Below, piece after piece: positions 37,472 to 47,902 of a DNA stretch of 64,000 bases. The stretch's first letter is position 1, and every line of letters begins with the position of its first letter. A model generated the notes under the pieces. That model ran no database searches and was not told the DNA's origin. It was given only the letters and a program-made list of their open reading frames with translations. Origin of the DNA: Lachnospirales bacterium. Its GTDB lineage: Bacteria; Bacillota; Clostridia; Lachnospirales; CAMZNU01. The stretch spans positions 106,692 through 170,691 of the forward strand of contig JBKEBX010000022.1 in NCBI GenBank assembly GCA_047973385.1, read 5' to 3'. A program made the translations under genes and the position numbers.

Positions 37472-38200
37472 TTACTCAGCTGCAGCTTCAAGCATTTCTT
37501 CTTCAAGTTCAGCTTCAGCACCTTGACGAGTTTCAAGAACAACGTCAGCAACTTTTGCTGCAATAAGTTTTACTGCACGAATAGCATCGTCATTACCTGG
37601 AATTACAAAATCAATTTCGTCTGGGTCACAGTTTGTATCAACGATAGCAACTGTAGGTATACCTAAGTTTCTAGCTTCAGCAACTGCTAAATGCTCTTTT
37701 CTTGGGTCAACGATAAAGATTACATCTGGTAATCTAGTCATGTTTTTGATACCACCGATGTTTCTTTCAAGCTTTTCTTTTTCTTTAAGTAATAAAGACG
37801 CTTCCTTTTTAGTTAAAGCTTCTAAAGTACCATCTTCTTGCATTTTCTCTAAATCTTTAAGTCTTTTGATACGACCTTGAACAGTTTTAAAGTTTGTAAG
37901 CATACCACCTAACCAACGAATGTTAACATAGTGCATGTTACATCTTTCTGCTTCTTCTTTAATAGAGTCTTGTGCTTGTTTTTTTGTACCAACAAAAAGA
38001 ACTTCACCACCGTTAGAAAGTAAGTTAACTAAGCCATCATATGCCTCATCAACTTTTTTAACAGTTTTTTGTAAGTCAATAATGTAGATACCGTTTCTTT
38101 CAGCAAAAATATATTCTGCCATTTTAGGGTTCCAACGACGTGTTTGGTGTCCAAAGTGTACCCCTGCTTCTAATAATTGTTTCATTGAAATTACGCTCAT
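37472..38200 (-). CDS. rpsB: 30S ribosomal protein S2
   Basis: 242 aa. [27 protein letters not shown] is canonical S2. Confidence 0.95.
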   Translation of the reverse strand: MSVISMKQLLEAGVHFGHQTRRWNPKMAEYIFAERNGIYIIDLQKTVKKVDEAYDGLVNLLSNGGEVLFVGTKKQAQDSIKEEAERCNMHYVNIRWLGGMLTNFKTVQGRIKRLKDLEKMQEDGTLEALTKKEASLLLKEKEKLERNIGGIKNMTRLPDVIFIVDPRKEHLAVAEARNLGIPTVAIVDTNCDPDEIDFVIPGNDDAIRAVKLIAAKVADVVLETRQGAEAELEEEMLEAAAE

Positions 38201-38280
38201 TTTATATTCCTCCTAGGTTTTTTCCTCCATAGTCCTTTTATCAACCTAAATTAGACTATGTGTGTATTTTACGACTACTA

Positions 38281-38309
38281 ATTATATCACATATTTTAAC
38301 TTTTTGCAA
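38281..38309 (-). promoter_or_regulatory. putative sigma-A promoter of rpsB-tsf
   Basis: On the minus strand: TTGCAA (38309-38304), 17-nt spacer, TATAAT (38286-38281). Confidence 0.5.
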
Positions 38310-38347
38310 GTAAAATCCTAATTTTCATTAAACAAATTTAAAAGTTT

Positions 38348-39691
38348 TTAATAACCTTTACTTTTTTCGTAGCTTTCAGAGTAAAACCCTAAAATGTCTT
38401 GACTACCTTTCCATTCAACCCTTTTTAGAGAATCATTATTCGTACCTGAATATTTATAGGAATTTCTTTTAAGCACAACGCCACCTTCTAAACTTTGCAT
38501 ATCATCACGACCTAATCCAGTTAACTCAACATATGTACTTGGGGCATATACAAAAAGAGAAGCATTTCCACCTATTCCAATATATGTACTTGGAACTTTT
38601 GTTTTAGCATCTTGTCTTGAAGGTAATGTGATTGCATATGTAAATTGTGGTGTTACGTCTTTACCATTATAATATTCACTATCTTTGTTTACATAGAAAT
38701 TTGAATATACATATCTTGATTGACCCATAGATATAAAATATACATTTCCACCTTTTACATTTATGTTAGAATAATGCTCCATAGAATATTTCATCCTTGT
38801 ACCAATAACTCCGTTAGTTATAAATATAAAATCAACTTCTTCTCCATTTTTAGAAAGAGGAGTTAAATCAATCTCAATAGTTGTATCAGTAGGGAATAGT
38901 ACCGGTGTAAAAGCCAAATCACGCTCAAAAAATAGCACTTGATGTTTATCACTTAGGTTACCATCACTATCAATGTTAGCCTTTAGACTATTTATACCAT
39001 CATTAATTAAATCTTGAGTTATGTAGTCCCATTTACTAAAACGTGTAGTATCATTATCTTTTTTATTATATGTATTATAAATATATTTGACATCTTCATC
39101 TATTTCAACTAAATTAGCAGTATCTCTCAAATAATCCACATGTTCATATGAAAGCCTCGGTATATGTGTACTACCCATTCTATTTAAAAGACCATATACT
39201 ATTTCTGAGCTTGTATCGTCATAGGGTTCTGTTTCTATACTAGAGTTAGGTTCAAGAGGAAATACGCTACCAATTTCGATTTCTTCAACTACTTCATCTC
39301 CAGTATCATCTCCTTCAATTACATTAGCACTTGTTATTTCTTCTATATTATATACAAAATTGCTTATTTTATTGTTTTCACCCTCATCATCAGCTAAATA
39401 AAACATCTCATATGGTATACTTTTACCATTTACAACTACTACCTTTTCATCAAAAACAGAAATACCCTCATATTCAGCAGAAGTTGTATCTAGGCTACCA
39501 TTCATCTCATTATCTTCTACACTAGCCTGAGATAATAAAGTTGTAACATCATTATAATCTTCACTTGTCAATTTATTATTATATACATAAAAATTTTCTT
39601 GAAGTAAAAATCTAAACATAATAGCAATAACCATTGCAAGTATACAAACCGAAGCAACAACGGAAACCATTGAAAATCCCTTTTTAAACAT
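38348..39691 (-). CDS. unknown protein with a pilin-like N-terminal anchor (paralog 1)
   Basis: 447 aa. MFKKGFSMVSVVASVCILAMVIA resembles a prepilin-type leader (KG|FS) but lacks Glu+5. The C-terminal motifs LFVYAP and VEWKGSQDILGFY are shared with the upstream paralog. RBS AGGAGGGGGG. Confidence 0.6.
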   Translation of the reverse strand: MFKKGFSMVSVVASVCILAMVIAIMFRFLLQENFYVYNNKLTSEDYNDVTTLLSQASVEDNEMNGSLDTTSAEYEGISVFDEKVVVVNGKSIPYEMFYLADDEGENNKISNFVYNIEEITSANVIEGDDTGDEVVEEIEIGSVFPLEPNSSIETEPYDDTSSEIVYGLLNRMGSTHIPRLSYEHVDYLRDTANLVEIDEDVKYIYNTYNKKDNDTTRFSKWDYITQDLINDGINSLKANIDSDGNLSDKHQVLFFERDLAFTPVLFPTDTTIEIDLTPLSKNGEEVDFIFITNGVIGTRMKYSMEHYSNINVKGGNVYFISMGQSRYVYSNFYVNKDSEYYNGKDVTPQFTYAITLPSRQDAKTKVPSTYIGIGGNASLFVYAPSTYVELTGLGRDDMQSLEGGVVLKRNSYKYSGTNNDSLKRVEWKGSQDILGFYSESYEKSKGY

Positions 39692-39707
39692 ATATTACAC
39701 CCCCCTC

Positions 39708-41189
39708 CTATTTTACAGGTTTGTCATAGTCTGCATCTAAGTCATAATACCCAAGCAGTCTTGGATCACCTTTCCATTCAACACTTACATATTCATCAAT
39801 ATAATCGTTTACTTTTGAAAGGTTTATCTTCTCTCCAACTATACCACCATAGGATCTTGAGTGTGTGTTTGTTACAAGTTTTTTTCTTCTATTGCTATTA
39901 TATGGTTGTGCATAACCTAAATTTATATCATTAGCCTTAACGCCTGAATACTCAGTTTCCGCCTTTTGCACAATCTTTAAATTATCATAAAAAGGTGCGT
40001 ATACAAATATATTTATCGCCCTACCCATATAAGCTGAAATAGTTTTATCAACATCACTTCCACTTACAAAAGTTATCTGACCTAAATCATTAAAATTTTT
40101 GTTATCTTTGCTGTATACACTCGCCGATACAAACAATTCATTTACCGTATATTTTTGATCTTCTCCTTTAAACGATATAAAATACAAATCGCAATCAACT
40201 AAGTCAAAAATAGGCGAACTTATCCCTGTCATTTCTACATCAGGAAAATAATGATTAAAATCATTTTTATATCCAAGTCCATTTTTATATGTAGGTAAAA
40301 GTTGTATGTCTGCATCACTTAAAAAAATAAGGTTAGTTCTATCAACGCCGTTTCCATAACCTGTTAAATCAAATCTTGTATATCTATCATCAATTGAACC
40401 TGTTGTATCATCTGTTTGAACATAAGTTCCATCAGTTCTAACAATAGTATTGTTTTTAGAAATATTATCTATGTAAATTACTTGCCAAGGTTTATTTTTC
40501 CCTTCTTGTTCTCCAAGCTGGGTTATTGCACTTTCAACTAAAGACCATCTTGCAACGCCTTTTTTTGTAGTTGTAATCGTTACATAATTTGTATTTTCAT
40601 GATTTAGAATATAATCAATATGCTCTTGATTTATTTCAGGTATAGTATCAATTCCCATTCGTGTTTTAAGCCCTGGTTCACCATCAACATAATCTGAAGT
40701 GGCATCATTATATAAAAAATATGAGTCATACGAAAAAATCGACGGAGGTCGTTTACCTGTTAAATCAATTTCAACTTCGCTTTCCCCTGATTCTTGAAAA
40801 TATATAGTATTATCATAAAAACCATCTATGTCAGCGTAATTTGTCGTTGCAGTAATTTTAACTTCACTTAATGAGTTTTCTCCACTTAAAACTGCTTCTG
40901 TTTTAATGTTAACAGCCATAGAATTACTTCCGTCCCCAAAAGGTATTACTATTTCTGTATTATACTTATTGTCAACTAAATAATTTATATATTCAGATTC
41001 ATAATCTACTATATATTTTTCCATAAAAAGATAACCACCATAGGCAATTTCATCTGCTTTATTTTCTAATACATAATCATCAACTACCTCACTTGTATAT
41101 CCAACATACAAGGCAATAGGTATAGCTATAATCGAAAACACTACTATAAGAATTAATACCCCAATCAACAAAGATCCTTTTCTTTTCAT
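39708..41189 (-). CDS. unknown protein with an N-terminal hydrophobic anchor (paralog 2)
   Basis: Start moved to ATG 41189 (MKRKGSLLIGVLILIVVFSIIA, RBS AAGGGAGGGA). It shares YFIS, IFVYAP and VEWKGDPRLLGYY with paralog 1. Confidence 0.6.
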   Translation of the reverse strand: MKRKGSLLIGVLILIVVFSIIAIPIALYVGYTSEVVDDYVLENKADEIAYGGYLFMEKYIVDYESEYINYLVDNKYNTEIVIPFGDGSNSMAVNIKTEAVLSGENSLSEVKITATTNYADIDGFYDNTIYFQESGESEVEIDLTGKRPPSIFSYDSYFLYNDATSDYVDGEPGLKTRMGIDTIPEINQEHIDYILNHENTNYVTITTTKKGVARWSLVESAITQLGEQEGKNKPWQVIYIDNISKNNTIVRTDGTYVQTDDTTGSIDDRYTRFDLTGYGNGVDRTNLIFLSDADIQLLPTYKNGLGYKNDFNHYFPDVEMTGISSPIFDLVDCDLYFISFKGEDQKYTVNELFVSASVYSKDNKNFNDLGQITFVSGSDVDKTISAYMGRAINIFVYAPFYDNLKIVQKAETEYSGVKANDINLGYAQPYNSNRRKKLVTNTHSRSYGGIVGEKINLSKVNDYIDEYVSVEWKGDPRLLGYYDLDADYDKPVK

Positions 41190-41251
41190 ACATATCCCTC
41201 CCTTAAAGAGCAAAATATACTTCTTTTTTTATTTTATATTTTTTCACTTCT

Positions 41252-42745
41252 TTATTTTGAATTATCTGATAATGCATATCTATAAATAGCTTCTTTTGTT
41301 GTTTCTTTCGTTATAAATTCTTTGACTATACAACCACTTTCAAGTACCAAAATTTTATCTGTCATACCTAAAAGTTCATCAACGTCAGAGGACATAAACA
41401 ATATTGTTCCTCCTTTACTTACTATATCATTCATGCAGTTGTATATATCTACTTTCGTTGGTATATCTATCCCTCTTGTTGGCTCATCTAAAATATAAAT
41501 CAAGGAATTTGTCATAAGTAGTTTAGATAAAATAATTTTTTGTTTGTTACCTCCACTAAATGTTTCTATTTTATTTTCAACTTTCTTAGGAAAAATATTA
41601 AACTTATCAAAATATGATTGTGTTTGTTTTTTCACCAAATTATCTTCAATCACACTTTTAACAGAAAATCTTTTTAAAGCCGATATACTTGTGTTAAATA
41701 TACCATCTTTACCATTAAAAATTGCAAACTCCTCTCTATTTTCAGGTAACATTATAATTCTATTTTTTATTGCGTCTTTTGTATTGCTAAACTGTACATT
41801 TTCTTCTTTAAACAACCTATCTATTTTGTTTTTATGTATTGCTCCATACAAATAGTTTGACAAATATGTTCTACCTGAGCCTACAAGACCAGTAACCCCA
41901 ACGATTTCCCCTTGTTTAAGGCTAAAAGAAATATCCTTTAGCACACTACCTGAACTTAAATTTTTGACTTCAAATATAATTTTACCAGTATTCACCTTGA
42001 CTTTAGGATAAGTATATGAATATACATCAGTTGCCATCTTTTTCAATATGTCTTCATCACTACATTCTGAAACATTTTCTGTTGCTACAATCTCTCCCTT
42101 TGCGAATATACTTATTTTATCTGCAATTTCTCTAATTTCCTTTAATCTATGAGAAATATATATAATTCCATAGCCCCTATTCTTCAAATATTTTATAACA
42201 CCAAAAAGAATATTTGTTTCTTTGTCTGTAAAAGTAGTTGACGGTTCATCAAATATAATAATTTTACAATTTGTAACATATGCCCTTACTATTTCAACAA
42301 GTTGTTTTTCTGATAAACTCAAACTACCAGCTTTTTTATGTACATCAATGTTTATACCTAATTCTTTTAAAGCTAATGTACATTTTTGATATATTTCATC
42401 ATAATTTACAAGGGTTTTATAACTTAAATTTGTTTGACTTTCAAAGAAAATATTTTCTGCAATTGATAAATTATTAAAAAGCATAGGTTCTTGCATTATA
42501 AACAGAACCTTGTTTGTATTTAACAAATCGTTTTTTTTATAATTTATCTTTTCATCATTTATATATATATTGCCTTTATCAAAGGTATCAAGTCCTGAAA
42601 TATTTTTCATAAGACAAGTTTTTCCACAGCCGTTTTCTCCGATTACGCAATGAACTTCACCAGCTTCAAGTTCAAAGTTAATTTTTTTTAAAGAAAAGTC
42701 TTCACTATACCTTTTATACAAATTTTCAACTTTAAGTAATTTCAT
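41252..42745 (-). CDS. sugar-type ABC transporter ATP-binding protein (two fused NBDs, RbsA/MglA-like) with no adjacent permease on its strand
   Basis: 497 aa. NBD1: GENGCGKT, IIIFDEPST. NBD2: GLVGSGRT, FSGGNKQK, IYILDEPTRGID. Confidence 0.8.
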   Translation of the reverse strand: MKLLKVENLYKRYSEDFSLKKINFELEAGEVHCVIGENGCGKTCLMKNISGLDTFDKGNIYINDEKINYKKNDLLNTNKVLFIMQEPMLFNNLSIAENIFFESQTNLSYKTLVNYDEIYQKCTLALKELGINIDVHKKAGSLSLSEKQLVEIVRAYVTNCKIIIFDEPSTTFTDKETNILFGVIKYLKNRGYGIIYISHRLKEIREIADKISIFAKGEIVATENVSECSDEDILKKMATDVYSYTYPKVKVNTGKIIFEVKNLSSGSVLKDISFSLKQGEIVGVTGLVGSGRTYLSNYLYGAIHKNKIDRLFKEENVQFSNTKDAIKNRIIMLPENREEFAIFNGKDGIFNTSISALKRFSVKSVIEDNLVKKQTQSYFDKFNIFPKKVENKIETFSGGNKQKIILSKLLMTNSLIYILDEPTRGIDIPTKVDIYNCMNDIVSKGGTILFMSSDVDELLGMTDKILVLESGCIVKEFITKETTKEAIYRYALSDNSK

Positions 42746-43526
42746 TTACGCTCCCTCCTTCAAAAATATTCACAGGGGTGTGTATAGAAATTTTATACTT
42801 AAACAGTTTATTTTTAAGTTCGCTATCAGAGTGTATAGAAGTTAAAACCTTTGAAATTTCGTCAATACTTCCCACTCTATAAAGGGATCTTTTCTTGTAA
42901 GTTTCTTCTCTAAAAACTAAGTTTTTTTCCTTTGAGATTTTCATACATTCCCGTATAAACTCAGCTTTGTTAGGGTTCTTGCACGTATAATCCATACTAG
43001 AGCTTATTCCATCAATCTCTATAAAAAGCTTATCTATATACAAATCTCTTACACTTTTTATTGCAAGATGTCCATACAAGGCTTTGTCATATAAATCAAG
43101 TTCGCCCCCAACAACTATTAGCTTAGAATTGCTATTTATTTTTACACAACTAGCTATTTCTACGTCATTTGTAACAACTGTAATATTATTTTTTCTAAAA
43201 AGCTTAGTTGCAATATTTCGATTTATCTCACCATTTATCAAAATAACTGTATCGTTATCTTCAATCAGCAAACTTCCAGTAGTCCCAATCTCGTCTAGAT
43301 TTTCATCATATCTATCTAATTCTTGATTTTCATCTATATCTTGTTCGTCTTTTAAAATCGCTCCACCATGAGTTCTTATAAGAAACATATCATTTTGCAA
43401 CTTATCTAAATCTTTTCGCACTGTAACTTCTGAAACATTTAGGATTTGACTTAAAATGCTAACCTCTACTTGCCCCTGTTCAATTATCATATTTTTTATA
43501 ACTTTTTGTCTTTCTTGAGCAAACAT
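42732..43526 (-). CDS. DeoR-family transcriptional regulator
   Basis: 264 aa. N-terminal HTH (ERQKVIKNMIIEQGQVEVSILSQILNVSEVTVRKDLDKL) plus a DeoR C-terminal sensor domain. Confidence 0.85.
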   Translation of the reverse strand: MFAQERQKVIKNMIIEQGQVEVSILSQILNVSEVTVRKDLDKLQNDMFLIRTHGGAILKDEQDIDENQELDRYDENLDEIGTTGSLLIEDNDTVILINGEINRNIATKLFRKNNITVVTNDVEIASCVKINSNSKLIVVGGELDLYDKALYGHLAIKSVRDLYIDKLFIEIDGISSSMDYTCKNPNKAEFIRECMKISKEKNLVFREETYKKRSLYRVGSIDEISKVLTSIHSDSELKNKLFKYKISIHTPVNIFEGGSVNEIT

Positions 43527-43830
43527 ATGCTAACCTCCTAATTTCTTTAGTTAAATTTTAAAACAGCTCGTTCAAATTGTCAAATTTTATTTTTTTAATA
43601 ATATAAAAAAAATCAAAACAATAGGAAACAAAAGCAAAAGCAAGTTAAAAAACTAAGTCATTACACTTTTTTTTCAATACAAAACTAAAATCCTTTGTAT
43701 AATTATACTACTATTAGTACAAATAATCAATATAATTATATGTTTTTTGCACCAAAACCTACCACTAAGCCAAACTTGGATTATAACTTACAATTTTTTT
43801 AAACTTTTTCAACTTTTTTTAGTAAATCTG

Positions 43831-43859
43831 TTGACATTTCTTTCATTTCATAGTATTAT
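43831..43859 (+). promoter_or_regulatory. putative sigma-A promoter of the sugar ABC operon
   Basis: TTGACA (43831-43836), 17-nt spacer, TATTAT (43854-43859). It is followed by the direct repeat AAACGAAAG at 43866-43874 and 43876-43884. Confidence 0.5.
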
Positions 43860-43895
43860 ATAAAAAAACGAAAGCAAACGAAAGGAGTTTGACCT

Positions 43896-45437
43896 TTGAG
43901 TGATTTTATTTTAAATATGAACAATATAACAAAAAGTTTCTCAGGTGTTAAAGCACTTTCAGAAGTTAACATTGCTGTTAAAGCTAACACTATTCACTCT
44001 GTATGTGGTGAGAATGGTGCGGGGAAATCAACACTTATGAACGTATTAAGTGGTGTTTATCCTCATGGAGATTTTGAAGGTGAGATTATTTTTGAAGGAG
44101 AGGCTTGTTCTTTTAAGACAATTAAGGACAGTGAAGAAAAAGGTATAGTAATCATACACCAAGAACTTGCCCTTAGCCCATATTTATCAATTGCTGAAAA
44201 TATTTTTATGGGTAATGAAATACATAAGAAATCTATTATAAATTGGCATAAAACTGCTGATGAAACGAAAAAACTGTTGGATAAAGTAGGTTTACACGAA
44301 GATCCAGAAGCAGTTGTTTCAACTCTTGGTATTGGTAAACAACAACTTATAGAAATCGCAAAAGCTTTGTCAAAAGACGTTAAACTTCTTATATTAGATG
44401 AACCAACAGCCGCTCTCAATGAGGAGGAAAGTGAAAAGCTTATAACTCTTTTAGATGAATTACGTGAATCTGGTATTACTTGTATACTTATCTCACATAA
44501 ATTAAATGAGGTTTGCGAAATATCCGATGTTATTACAATTCTTCGTGATGGTCAAACTATTGAAACTTTTGAAAACCTTAAAGATAGTGATGTTGAAGAT
44601 AGAATAATACGTGGTATGGTTGGACGTGATATACTAGATAGATATCCAAAACGTTCATTTGATAAAGAATCTCCTGTTGTATTAGAAGTTAAAGACTGGA
44701 ACGTTCATAACCCTTACATTCCTGAGAAAAAAATAATTGACAATGCAAACTTTAATGTAAAAAAAGGCGAGATTGTTGGTTTTGCAGGTCTTATGGGTGC
44801 TGGTAGAACAGAATTATTTATGAGTATTTATGGAAAGTCCTACGGCGTTAACATTTCTGGAAAAGTATACAAAGACGGTAAAGAAATTGATTGCCATAAT
44901 GTTGCAAATACAATAAAAAATAAAATCGTATATGCGTCAGAAGATAGAAAATCTTACGGTTTAGTTCTTATAAATAGTATTAAGGATAATATATGCTTAC
45001 CTAACCTAGATAAAGTTAGTAAAAATGGTGTTATCTCTGAAAACGAAGAAATTAAAAATTCTGAAAGCTATAAGGAATCTGTTAACATCAAGGCACGTTC
45101 TATTCATCAACACGTTGGTACTCTAAGTGGTGGTAATCAACAAAAAGTTGTACTTAGTAAATGGCTTATGTCAGAACCTGACATCTTGATTTTAGATGAA
45201 CCTACAAGAGGTATCGACATCGGTGCAAAATTTGAAATTTATCAAATAATGAGTAGACTTGCAGATGAAGGTAAATCTATTGTTCTAATTTCTTCAGAAC
45301 TTCCTGAGTTATTAGGTATGAGCGACCGAGTTTATGTTTTAGATGAGGGTTCTATACTTGGCTGCTTTGATAAAGAAGACGCAACACAAGAAAAAATCAT
45401 GCGTCTAATTGTGGAAAACAAGAAGGGAGATAACTAA
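43896..45437 (+). CDS. sugar ABC transporter ATP-binding protein (MglA/XylG/RbsA-like, two NBDs)
   Basis: 513 aa. GENGAGKST, LILDEPTAAL, LSGGNQQK, LILDEPTRGID. TTG start 8 nt after AAAGGAG. Confidence 0.85.
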   Translation: MSDFILNMNNITKSFSGVKALSEVNIAVKANTIHSVCGENGAGKSTLMNVLSGVYPHGDFEGEIIFEGEACSFKTIKDSEEKGIVIIHQELALSPYLSIAENIFMGNEIHKKSIINWHKTADETKKLLDKVGLHEDPEAVVSTLGIGKQQLIEIAKALSKDVKLLILDEPTAALNEEESEKLITLLDELRESGITCILISHKLNEVCEISDVITILRDGQTIETFENLKDSDVEDRIIRGMVGRDILDRYPKRSFDKESPVVLEVKDWNVHNPYIPEKKIIDNANFNVKKGEIVGFAGLMGAGRTELFMSIYGKSYGVNISGKVYKDGKEIDCHNVANTIKNKIVYASEDRKSYGLVLINSIKDNICLPNLDKVSKNGVISENEEIKNSESYKESVNIKARSIHQHVGTLSGGNQQKVVLSKWLMSEPDILILDEPTRGIDIGAKFEIYQIMSRLADEGKSIVLISSELPELLGMSDRVYVLDEGSILGCFDKEDATQEKIMRLIVENKKGDN

Positions 45438-45439
45438 CA

Positions 45440-46612
45440 ATGTCAATAAATTTTGATGCTTTAAAAAAATACGGTATGCTTATTGCACTATTTGTTTTAA
45501 TCATTTTTTTCTCAATTTTAACAGAAGGTGTTATGCTTTTACCTACTAATATTACTAACATTATCCAACAAAATGGATATGTACTTATACTTGCAATTGG
45601 TATGTTATTCTGTATCTTAACTGGTAACATAGACTTATCCGTTGGTTCTATCGTTGCTGTTATCGGTGCTATATCAGGTTATACAATAGTTAAAATGGGG
45701 CTACCTGTTTCTGTTGGTATCCTAATATCACTTTTAATGGGTATTGCTATAGGTGGTATGCAAGGTTACTTTATTGCATATCTTAGAATACCAGCATTTA
45801 TTGTTACACTTGCAGGTATGTTAATTTATCGTGGTATTACTATGGTTATTTTATCAGGAGCTACGATTGCACCATTTCCTGATAGCTATCAGTTTATGGC
45901 AGCAGGTTTCATTTTACCTGAATGGAAAGTTGTAGTTAGCGAAACACTATCTTTAAACATTTTTGCAATACTTTTCGGTATACTATTTTCACTTTGTTTT
46001 GTTATTGGTGAAATAAAAAATAGAAAGTCTAAAATCAAGTATAACTTTGCTGTTGCATCAAAAACTAACTTTTATGTTAAACTGGCTTTTGTTGTAATCG
46101 CTTTTAACTTCATTACTATTAAACTTGCTCAATATAAAGGTATACCTTTTATCTTACTTTTACTACTACTATTAATTGTTATATATTCATTTGTTGCTAA
46201 TAAAACAATTCCAGGTCGTCATATATATGCACTTGGTGGTAACGAAAAGGCTGCTAGATTATCTGGTGTTAAAACTCAAAAAATCTTGTTTATGGTATAT
46301 GCTAACATGGGTTTACTTGCAGCAATTGCAGGTATAGTTGTTGCAGGACGTCTTAACGCAGCAACTCCAAAAGCTGGTAACGGATACGAACTTGACGCAG
46401 TTGCATCTTGTTTTATAGGTGGTGCATCTTCAGCTGGTGGTATCGGTACAGTTGTAGGGGCTGTTATAGGTGGTCTTGTTATGGCTGTTCTTAACAATGG
46501 TATGTCATTACAAGGTATTGGTACAGACTGGCAACAAATTATCAAAGGTATCGTTCTTATTTTAGCTGTACTCTTTGATATACAATCTAAATCTAAATCT
46601 ACAAATGCGTAA
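45440..46612 (+). CDS. sugar ABC transporter permease (XylH/MglC-like)
   Basis: 390 aa, polytopic. The motif region YALGGNEKAARLSGV is typical of this permease family. Confidence 0.85.
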   Translation: MSINFDALKKYGMLIALFVLIIFFSILTEGVMLLPTNITNIIQQNGYVLILAIGMLFCILTGNIDLSVGSIVAVIGAISGYTIVKMGLPVSVGILISLLMGIAIGGMQGYFIAYLRIPAFIVTLAGMLIYRGITMVILSGATIAPFPDSYQFMAAGFILPEWKVVVSETLSLNIFAILFGILFSLCFVIGEIKNRKSKIKYNFAVASKTNFYVKLAFVVIAFNFITIKLAQYKGIPFILLLLLLLIVIYSFVANKTIPGRHIYALGGNEKAARLSGVKTQKILFMVYANMGLLAAIAGIVVAGRLNAATPKAGNGYELDAVASCFIGGASSAGGIGTVVGAVIGGLVMAVLNNGMSLQGIGTDWQQIIKGIVLILAVLFDIQSKSKSTNA

Positions 46613-46700
46613 GACAAAATTTTTTAAGTCTATAACTATTTGAAAAAATAGTTAAATATAAAATAAAAAAATTTATTTATGAAATCTTAGGAGGTATTTT

Positions 46701-47855
46701 ATGAAAAAATTAGTATCTTTACTCGTTGTTAGTACACTTGTTTTAACAAGTTGTGGTGGTTCTGAAACTACAAGCGAACCAGCTGATACTGGCTCAACTG
46801 ATACAGCAGACACTACTACTGAAGAACCAGCTGAGGAAACAGAAGAACCAGCAACTGACTCTGGTGAGCAATTAACTGTTGGTGTAGCTATGCCTACAAA
46901 ATCATCTCAACGTTGGATTCAAGACGGTGACTATTGTAAAGAATTACTTGAAAATGCAGGTTACGAAGTTGACTTACAATATGGTGAAGACCAAGTTGAA
47001 CTTCAAGTTAGCCAACTTGACAACATGATAACTAAAGGCGTTGACGCTCTTATAATCGCATCTATCGATGGTGAAGCTCTTACAGGCGTTTTATCTAAGG
47101 CAGCTGAAAATAACATTCCTGTTATTTCTTATGACCGTCTTATCAGAAACAGCCCTGACGTTTCTTACTATGCAACTTTTGATAACTTCTTAGTTGGTGT
47201 ACAACAAGGTACATACATTGAAGAAGCTCTTGATTTACAAAACACTGATGGACCATACAATATCGAGCTTTTCGGTGGTTCTCCTGATGACAACAACTCT
47301 TACTACTTCTTTGATGGTGCTATGAGTATTTTACAACCATACATCGACGAAGGTAAATTAGTAGTTCAAAGTGGTCAAACAGATATGGATTCTATCTCTA
47401 TTTTAAGATGGGATAGTGCAACTGCACAATCTCGTATGGATAACCTTATTGTTGCAAACTACTCTACTGAGCCATTAGACGCTGTTCTTGCTCCTGCTGA
47501 CATCTTATCTACTGGTATCATCTCTGCTCTTAAGAGTGCTGGTTATGGTACAGGCGACAAGCCAATGCCAATCGTTACTGGTCAAGATGCTGATATAAAT
47601 GCTGTTAAATCTATGATAGCTGGTGAGCAATCTATGACTATCTTTAAAGATACTCGTATCTTAGCTGAAAAAGCTGTTGGTATGGTTGATGCAGTTTTAT
47701 CTGGTGGTGAAGCAGAAGTTAACGATACAACAACTTATGACAACGGTTCTATCGTAGTTCCTTCTTACCTTTGCGAGCCACTTGTTGTTACAATTGATAA
47801 TTACGAAGAGCTTCTTATAGATTCAGGCTACTACTCAGCTGATGACTTAAAATAA
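46701..47855 (+). CDS. sugar ABC transporter substrate-binding lipoprotein (periplasmic binding protein type I)
   Basis: 384 aa. Lipobox LTSCGG, an acidic T/E/P-rich linker, then a ChvE/XylF-like fold ([13 protein letters not shown]). Confidence 0.8.
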   Translation: MKKLVSLLVVSTLVLTSCGGSETTSEPADTGSTDTADTTTEEPAEETEEPATDSGEQLTVGVAMPTKSSQRWIQDGDYCKELLENAGYEVDLQYGEDQVELQVSQLDNMITKGVDALIIASIDGEALTGVLSKAAENNIPVISYDRLIRNSPDVSYYATFDNFLVGVQQGTYIEEALDLQNTDGPYNIELFGGSPDDNNSYYFFDGAMSILQPYIDEGKLVVQSGQTDMDSISILRWDSATAQSRMDNLIVANYSTEPLDAVLAPADILSTGIISALKSAGYGTGDKPMPIVTGQDADINAVKSMIAGEQSMTIFKDTRILAEKAVGMVDAVLSGGEAEVNDTTTYDNGSIVVPSYLCEPLVVTIDNYEELLIDSGYYSADDLK

Positions 47856-47863
47856 AACTATGT

Positions 47864-47892
47864 AAAAAAGACTTCCTTTGGAAGTCTTTTTT
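47864..47892. terminator. bidirectional Rho-independent terminator
   Basis: AAAAAAGACTTCC-TTT-GGAAGTCTTTTTT, between the convergent SBP and histidine kinase genes. Confidence 0.8.
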
Positions 47893-47902
47893 ATTTGCTT
47901 TT

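Noticed and set aside
41252-42745. The permease-less ABC ATPase as a decayed pseudogene
   Set aside because: The ORF is full length. Walker A, Walker B and D-loop are intact in both NBDs (GENGCGKT/IIIFDEPS; GLVGSGRT/IYILDEPTRGID). Only the first signature motif is degenerate (LSLSEKQ), which is common in this family.
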